From Candidatus Finniella inopinata (GTDB lineage: Bacteria > Pseudomonadota > Alphaproteobacteria > Paracaedibacterales > VGCI01): DNA of 52,218 nt. Of the stretch, positions 48,913 to 52,218 are shown piece after piece; the stretch's first letter is position 1, and every line of letters starts with the position of its first letter. The notes under the pieces are model-generated. The model saw nothing but the letters and a program-made list of their open reading frames with translations, searched no databases and was not told where the DNA came from. Made by a program: the position numbers and the translations under genes. Where the stretch lies: positions 1-52,218 of the forward strand of contig CAMCRD010000003.1 in the NCBI GenBank assembly GCA_945877185.1, written 5' to 3'.

Positions 48913-49608
48913 ATGCAAAAAAACCATCTCCTGTTGATCCTCCTCGGCGTCCTTGGGGCTTTGTTGCTTGGATACCTCCTCTGGCGGTTTCCCCATGTTC
49001 TTGAATCAGACGATAATCTTGCTTATTTTATCCGCTCCCTTCTGCTTCTTGGCTTCCTGGTTCCTTCCGTATTCCTTCATCGTCATGCGCCTCAAGCCCT
49101 CAAATACGGAGCTTGTTGGGTCGGTATCTTCCTGATTTTGTTCGTCGGATATAGTTATCACGAGGATTTGGGCCATGTATGGGATCGGCTGAAAGGCAAC
49201 CTTCTTCCTTTCTCAGGGACACAAAATGCCGATGGATCTATAACTTTTGTTCGCGCAGAAGGGGAACATTTTTTGATTGAAGCCTTGGTGAACGATGTGC
49301 CGATACAGTTTATGGTTGATACGGGCGCCACACGCGTGGCCTTAACGCTCCAAGATGCCAAACGGTTAGGGTTTGATGTGGAAAATTTATCCTACCGTGA
49401 GCTCATTCATACGGTGAATGGCGATACCTTTGCGGCTCCTGTATACCTTGCGGAGGTTAAGGTAGGGTCCATTGTTGTGAAGGATCTCGGCGCTACCGTG
49501 AATAAGAACCTGTCTGGCCATTCCTTGTTGGGCATGAATTTTTTGAAGAAGCTAAAAGGCTTTAAGATTGAGGGGAACCGCCTAACCTTCGAGGTACCTC
49601 AGTTTTAA
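48913..49608 (+). CDS. Clan AA (retropepsin-like) aspartic protease, TIGR02281-like
   Basis: 3 N-terminal TM helices, FMVDTGAT catalytic motif, SLLGMNFL. Confidence 0.9.
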   Translation: MQKNHLLLILLGVLGALLLGYLLWRFPHVLESDDNLAYFIRSLLLLGFLVPSVFLHRHAPQALKYGACWVGIFLILFVGYSYHEDLGHVWDRLKGNLLPFSGTQNADGSITFVRAEGEHFLIEALVNDVPIQFMVDTGATRVALTLQDAKRLGFDVENLSYRELIHTVNGDTFAAPVYLAEVKVGSIVVKDLGATVNKNLSGHSLLGMNFLKKLKGFKIEGNRLTFEVPQF

Positions 49609-49650
49609 GGCAATGGTCTTTGTGTTTTTTTAATAAAAGGGAGAATAAAA

Positions 49651-49929
49651 ATGAAATTTCAAGCCTCTGTTTGGGTATTTCAAGGAACCGGGGCAAAATT
49701 CCCTTCTGCAATATATTCCACAAAGGAAAATGCAGAGAAATTAATAAAGCATAATAAATTAACAGGAATTTTAACTAATTATCCTTTAGATGCTTTTGTC
49801 TATGATTGGGCTATTGAAAATAATCATTTTACTCCACAAAAAGAATCCGAAAGTACTAAAGAATTTAAACAGAATTTTACTTCAGGATCTCAAGAACATT
49901 ACCATTACGAGGATGGAGCGTTAGATTAA
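49651..49929 (+). CDS. Small conserved hypothetical protein (possible orphan immunity-type protein)
   Basis: 92 aa with strong RBS (GGGAGA); pattern VWVF.G....FPS..., LT.YPLD..VYDWA, FTS.SQEH.HYE.G. Immunity role is inference. Confidence 0.65.
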   Translation: MKFQASVWVFQGTGAKFPSAIYSTKENAEKLIKHNKLTGILTNYPLDAFVYDWAIENNHFTPQKESESTKEFKQNFTSGSQEHYHYEDGALD

Positions 49930-50018
49930 TGTTGTAAAAAGCTTGTCGTCTGTAGTCAGTTCATCAAACAAAATCCTCTTCATTGGCTGGTAGGATGTTT
50001 TAGAAGATAACATCCGAA

Positions 50019-50456
50019 TTATGTATTGAGAGGCTCTTGCATAACGTCCGTTCCTGTTCGCATCGTCGTTGCCAGGCGTATCGCGCGCTGTCCCACTTCC
50101 CTGGCCCAAAGGCTATCCAGCATCGCATTTGCGGCGCTATCCCAGTCCTCATCTTGAATAGCCTTCCACATCCCTTTAAATTCCATAACCCCCTCAAAAC
50201 CGATATTAAAGGCCATTTCCGTGATGACGCGCTGGCGGGTTTCGGAGAGTTGGGAAAAATTGGGAAGGGGGGCCAACTCTTTTTCAATGCGCTGAATATC
50301 ATTATTTAAGAGATAAAGGGCTTCTTGTGCAGTAATGCCCTCATCATTCAAATTTCTGCCGACACCAATCGTGAGCTTACCGACCGTATCTGTATACGGC
50401 TTCAATCGGAGCCCTTCATCAGCGATCAAATTTTTTGTCAGAATATCGTTGTTCAT
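50019..50456 (-). CDS. GH24 (phage T4-like) lysozyme
   Basis: Catalytic E-x8-D-x5-T (EGLRLKPYTDTVGKLT), TIGVGRNL, MAFNIG, S.WA..VG.RA; RBS GAGGAGG. Confidence 0.9.
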   Translation of the reverse strand: MNNDILTKNLIADEGLRLKPYTDTVGKLTIGVGRNLNDEGITAQEALYLLNNDIQRIEKELAPLPNFSQLSETRQRVITEMAFNIGFEGVMEFKGMWKAIQDEDWDSAANAMLDSLWAREVGQRAIRLATTMRTGTDVMQEPLNT

Positions 50457-50476
50457 TCTTTTCCCTCCTCAATGAT

Positions 50477-51559
50477 TTAGTCATCCAATAGACGGGCAAT
50501 TTCCGTAAGGTCGGCTTGTTTTTCCTGAATAAGCTCTTTTGCATATCCTTCTAAAACTTTGATATTTTCAGGGCTGGCATTATCAAACGCTGTATGATGG
50601 GCGTCGAGCCGCACTTGAAAGCGGTGGTATTTCTGGGTACCCTTGTCATTCTTAAAGATTTCTTCCATTTGATAATCGACAACTTCATTTGTTGCGTTCA
50701 TCATGACGGGGACAATACTGGGTGCCCATTCAAGCTTACCGCCGTCGTCGATATTTTTCCCTTCAAAGGATAATTTCCCAGGGGTTACGGGATTATTGAT
50801 CCCTGTTCCAATGGAAATCACCAAAAAATCGTTATCTCTTCCAAAAAGCTTAAGGGCATGGACGCAAGCGGACATTGTTGGGTTATTGAGACCAAGGCCT
50901 CCATCAACTAACGTATATGTTTTTTTACGGGCTAGGTCCTGGATCTGGGCGGGTTTAAAATAGGTGGGCGCCGCGCTGGTGGCCCGGGCAATGTCTTTGA
51001 AATAAAAATCTCGTTCTAAATCGAGTTTGGACTTATCACTTTTGAAAAAGACATAGTTGTCTTGGCTAATATCATAGGCCGGGATAATGACATTGGTGAG
51101 GGCGTCTTGTAACCGACAGTTTCCATAAAATTTCTGTAGGTTCATTTCTAAATGATCAGAAGGGTATTTCTCACTGAGCCACCCATTACAAGTCGTTAAG
51201 TAGTGCCACCAAGACTGGTTAAAAACAAAAGACCCGAGATTTCGATAAAATGAAATCACATCTGACGCACGGTATTTTGGTGTGTTATGAGCATCCGGCA
51301 TATTGAGGAGCAACACAATCATCCCGCCCGTAGAAGTTCCGGACATCATATCAAAACATTCGGCTAAATGTTGTTTGCGTTTCAGCTTCTTTTCAATCTC
51401 TTGCAGAATGAGGGCAGGTATGATGCCTCGGATTCCCCCGCCATCCAGGGAAAGGATTTTAATGAGTTTCCTTTTAGAGGCTTTCTTTACGCGAGATTGG
51501 GTATTTGGTGTAGATTTTGCCTTTGCTTTAGGAGGGTTATCCTTGCTCTTATCGCTCAT
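50477..51559 (-). CDS. Patatin-like phospholipase
   Basis: ILSLDGGGIRG, GTSTG nucleophile elbow, ATSAAPTYF, DGG..NNP, SIGTG. Confidence 0.92.
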   Translation of the reverse strand: MSDKSKDNPPKAKAKSTPNTQSRVKKASKRKLIKILSLDGGGIRGIIPALILQEIEKKLKRKQHLAECFDMMSGTSTGGMIVLLLNMPDAHNTPKYRASDVISFYRNLGSFVFNQSWWHYLTTCNGWLSEKYPSDHLEMNLQKFYGNCRLQDALTNVIIPAYDISQDNYVFFKSDKSKLDLERDFYFKDIARATSAAPTYFKPAQIQDLARKKTYTLVDGGLGLNNPTMSACVHALKLFGRDNDFLVISIGTGINNPVTPGKLSFEGKNIDDGGKLEWAPSIVPVMMNATNEVVDYQMEEIFKNDKGTQKYHRFQVRLDAHHTAFDNASPENIKVLEGYAKELIQEKQADLTEIARLLDD

Positions 51560-51702
51560 CGTCTTCTCTTTGCTTTGATCTCGTCATTGGTGAACTATAA
51601 ATTAAGCCTAACCAAAAAAGATAAATATTTTCCTAAGGGGGGCTTCTACACTCAGGGGGTGAGGGGGCATTATGAGCTACCCTTTGATGAGTCAATCTTC
51701 AT

Positions 51703-51812
51703 AAGTAACAAAATTCCCTAAATTCGTTAGTTACGGTGAATTAAGTAACATAAAACGGCAAATTCGTTAGTTAATTTATAACAAGTAACGTTCGCGTTAG
51801 TTATTGAATAAC
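51703..51812. repeat. Degenerate 40-bp tandem repeat
   Basis: AAGTAAC at 51703, 51743, 51783; AAATTCGTTAGTTA at 51720 and 51760; CGTTAGTTA again at 51795. Confidence 0.75.
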
Positions 51813-51860
51813 ATCTTGGGCATGACAAATTCCCAAAAAAAGCATTAATTTCATTACGTT

Positions 51861-51927
51861 GTCACTGCGAGCATCGCAATTTGCTCTGTCCCTTGATCGC
51901 CGTGTTGCGCACGCTTCTTTCAATGAT
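51861..51927. repeat. Degenerate REP/RPE-like palindromic element
   Basis: GTCACTGCGAG...GCAAT...GATCGC...CAATGAT resembles the alphaproteobacterial GTCATTGCGAG...GCAATC...GATTGC...CGCAATGAC repeat. Confidence 0.55.
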
Positions 51928-52073
51928 GTAATAGAGGAAAAAAGTTTTGACTTTGGATCACCTGCCATTGTAACTTAAGCTGGAGAGCATCGATAAAGTA
52001 AATTGCACACCTCCACCTTACTTATAAGGAATGTTACGAATGGTTCGTAACAGCGCAACGTATGAGCACTGTA

Positions 52074-52218
52074 AGAGGTGGTCCCCAAAATTTGGACAGT
52101 TTAGCAGCAAAGTTAAGCTATAGTCGTATTATGTTACGCTGCTAATCTGGTCTCTGAATGGGGCGCCCCATTCAGATTTTTTATTTTTACGTATACCTCA
52201 TGGGGCGTTTGACCGTCA
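52074..52218 (-). mobile_element. Right end of an IS3-family insertion sequence (truncated by the window edge)
   Basis: Minus strand ends ...AAACTGTCCAAATTTTGGGGACCACCTCT (IS3-type terminal IR), downstream of a transposase C-terminus. Confidence 0.8.
52134..52217 (-). CDS. IS3-family transposase OrfB C-terminal fragment
   Basis: Manual translation DGQTPHEVYVKIKNLNGAPHSETRLAA*, matching the (L)DGQTPxEVY...LAA* tail of IS3-family OrfB proteins. Confidence 0.75.
   Translation of the reverse strand, partial: DGQTPHEVYVKIKNLNGAPHSETRLAA

Noticed and set aside
50477-51559. CBASS CapV effector
   Set aside because: No CD-NTase or Cap2/Cap3 gene is adjacent; neighbours are a lysozyme and non-coding DNA.
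509-51721. Many 60-150 aa plus-strand or alternative-frame ORFs inside the long genes
   Set aside because: They lie within or largely overlap well-supported CDSs and have no recognisable motifs.
51703-51812. CRISPR array
   Set aside because: The 40-bp period is too short, the conserved blocks are only 7-14 bp, there are only about 3 units, and no cas genes are present.
48016-52073. Prophage or integrative element at tRNA-Ser
   Set aside because: No integrase or phage structural genes, and the duplicated tRNA 3' end lies only 144 bp downstream of the original.

Overview
AT-rich bacterial DNA, most likely from a host-associated alphaproteobacterium (Holosporales/Rickettsiales-like; inferred from gene families and repeats). 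About 47 kb (214-47557) is a tightly packed, co-oriented minus-strand surface-glycan biosynthesis cluster of about 45 genes headed by a MarR-type EPS-associated regulator. It has three modules. (A) 29.5-46.8 kb: a higher-carbon sugar module with transaldolase, GmhA-, GmhB- and HldE-like enzymes, SDRs, a Cys-less UDP-glucose-dehydrogenase homolog paired with a Gfo/Idh/MocA enzyme, an orphan ThDP E1 alpha/beta pair, an Fe/2OG dioxygenase and methyltransferases. At family level this parallels the lincosamide GDP-octose pathway plus a branching carboligase. (B) 9-29.4 kb: an ABC flippase, glycosyltransferases and a legionaminic-acid-like pathway whose entry step looks like C6-dehydrogenase plus decarboxylase rather than LegB. 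(C) 0.2-9.2 kb: a WbpB-WbpD fusion/WbpE 2,3-diamino-uronic acid pathway with a second amidotransferase trio and PIG-L/GNAT/WbqC tailoring. The right end holds divergent tRNA-Leu(TAA) and tRNA-Ser(CGA), tRNA-derived and REP-like repeats, a clan AA aspartic protease, a patatin plus GH24 lysozyme pair, a 40-bp periodic repeat and one end of an IS3-family element. Two cluster genes (gmhB-like, legC-like) lack a canonical start codon upstream of conserved N-terminal motifs. All calls come from motif recognition by eye; no database searches were run.
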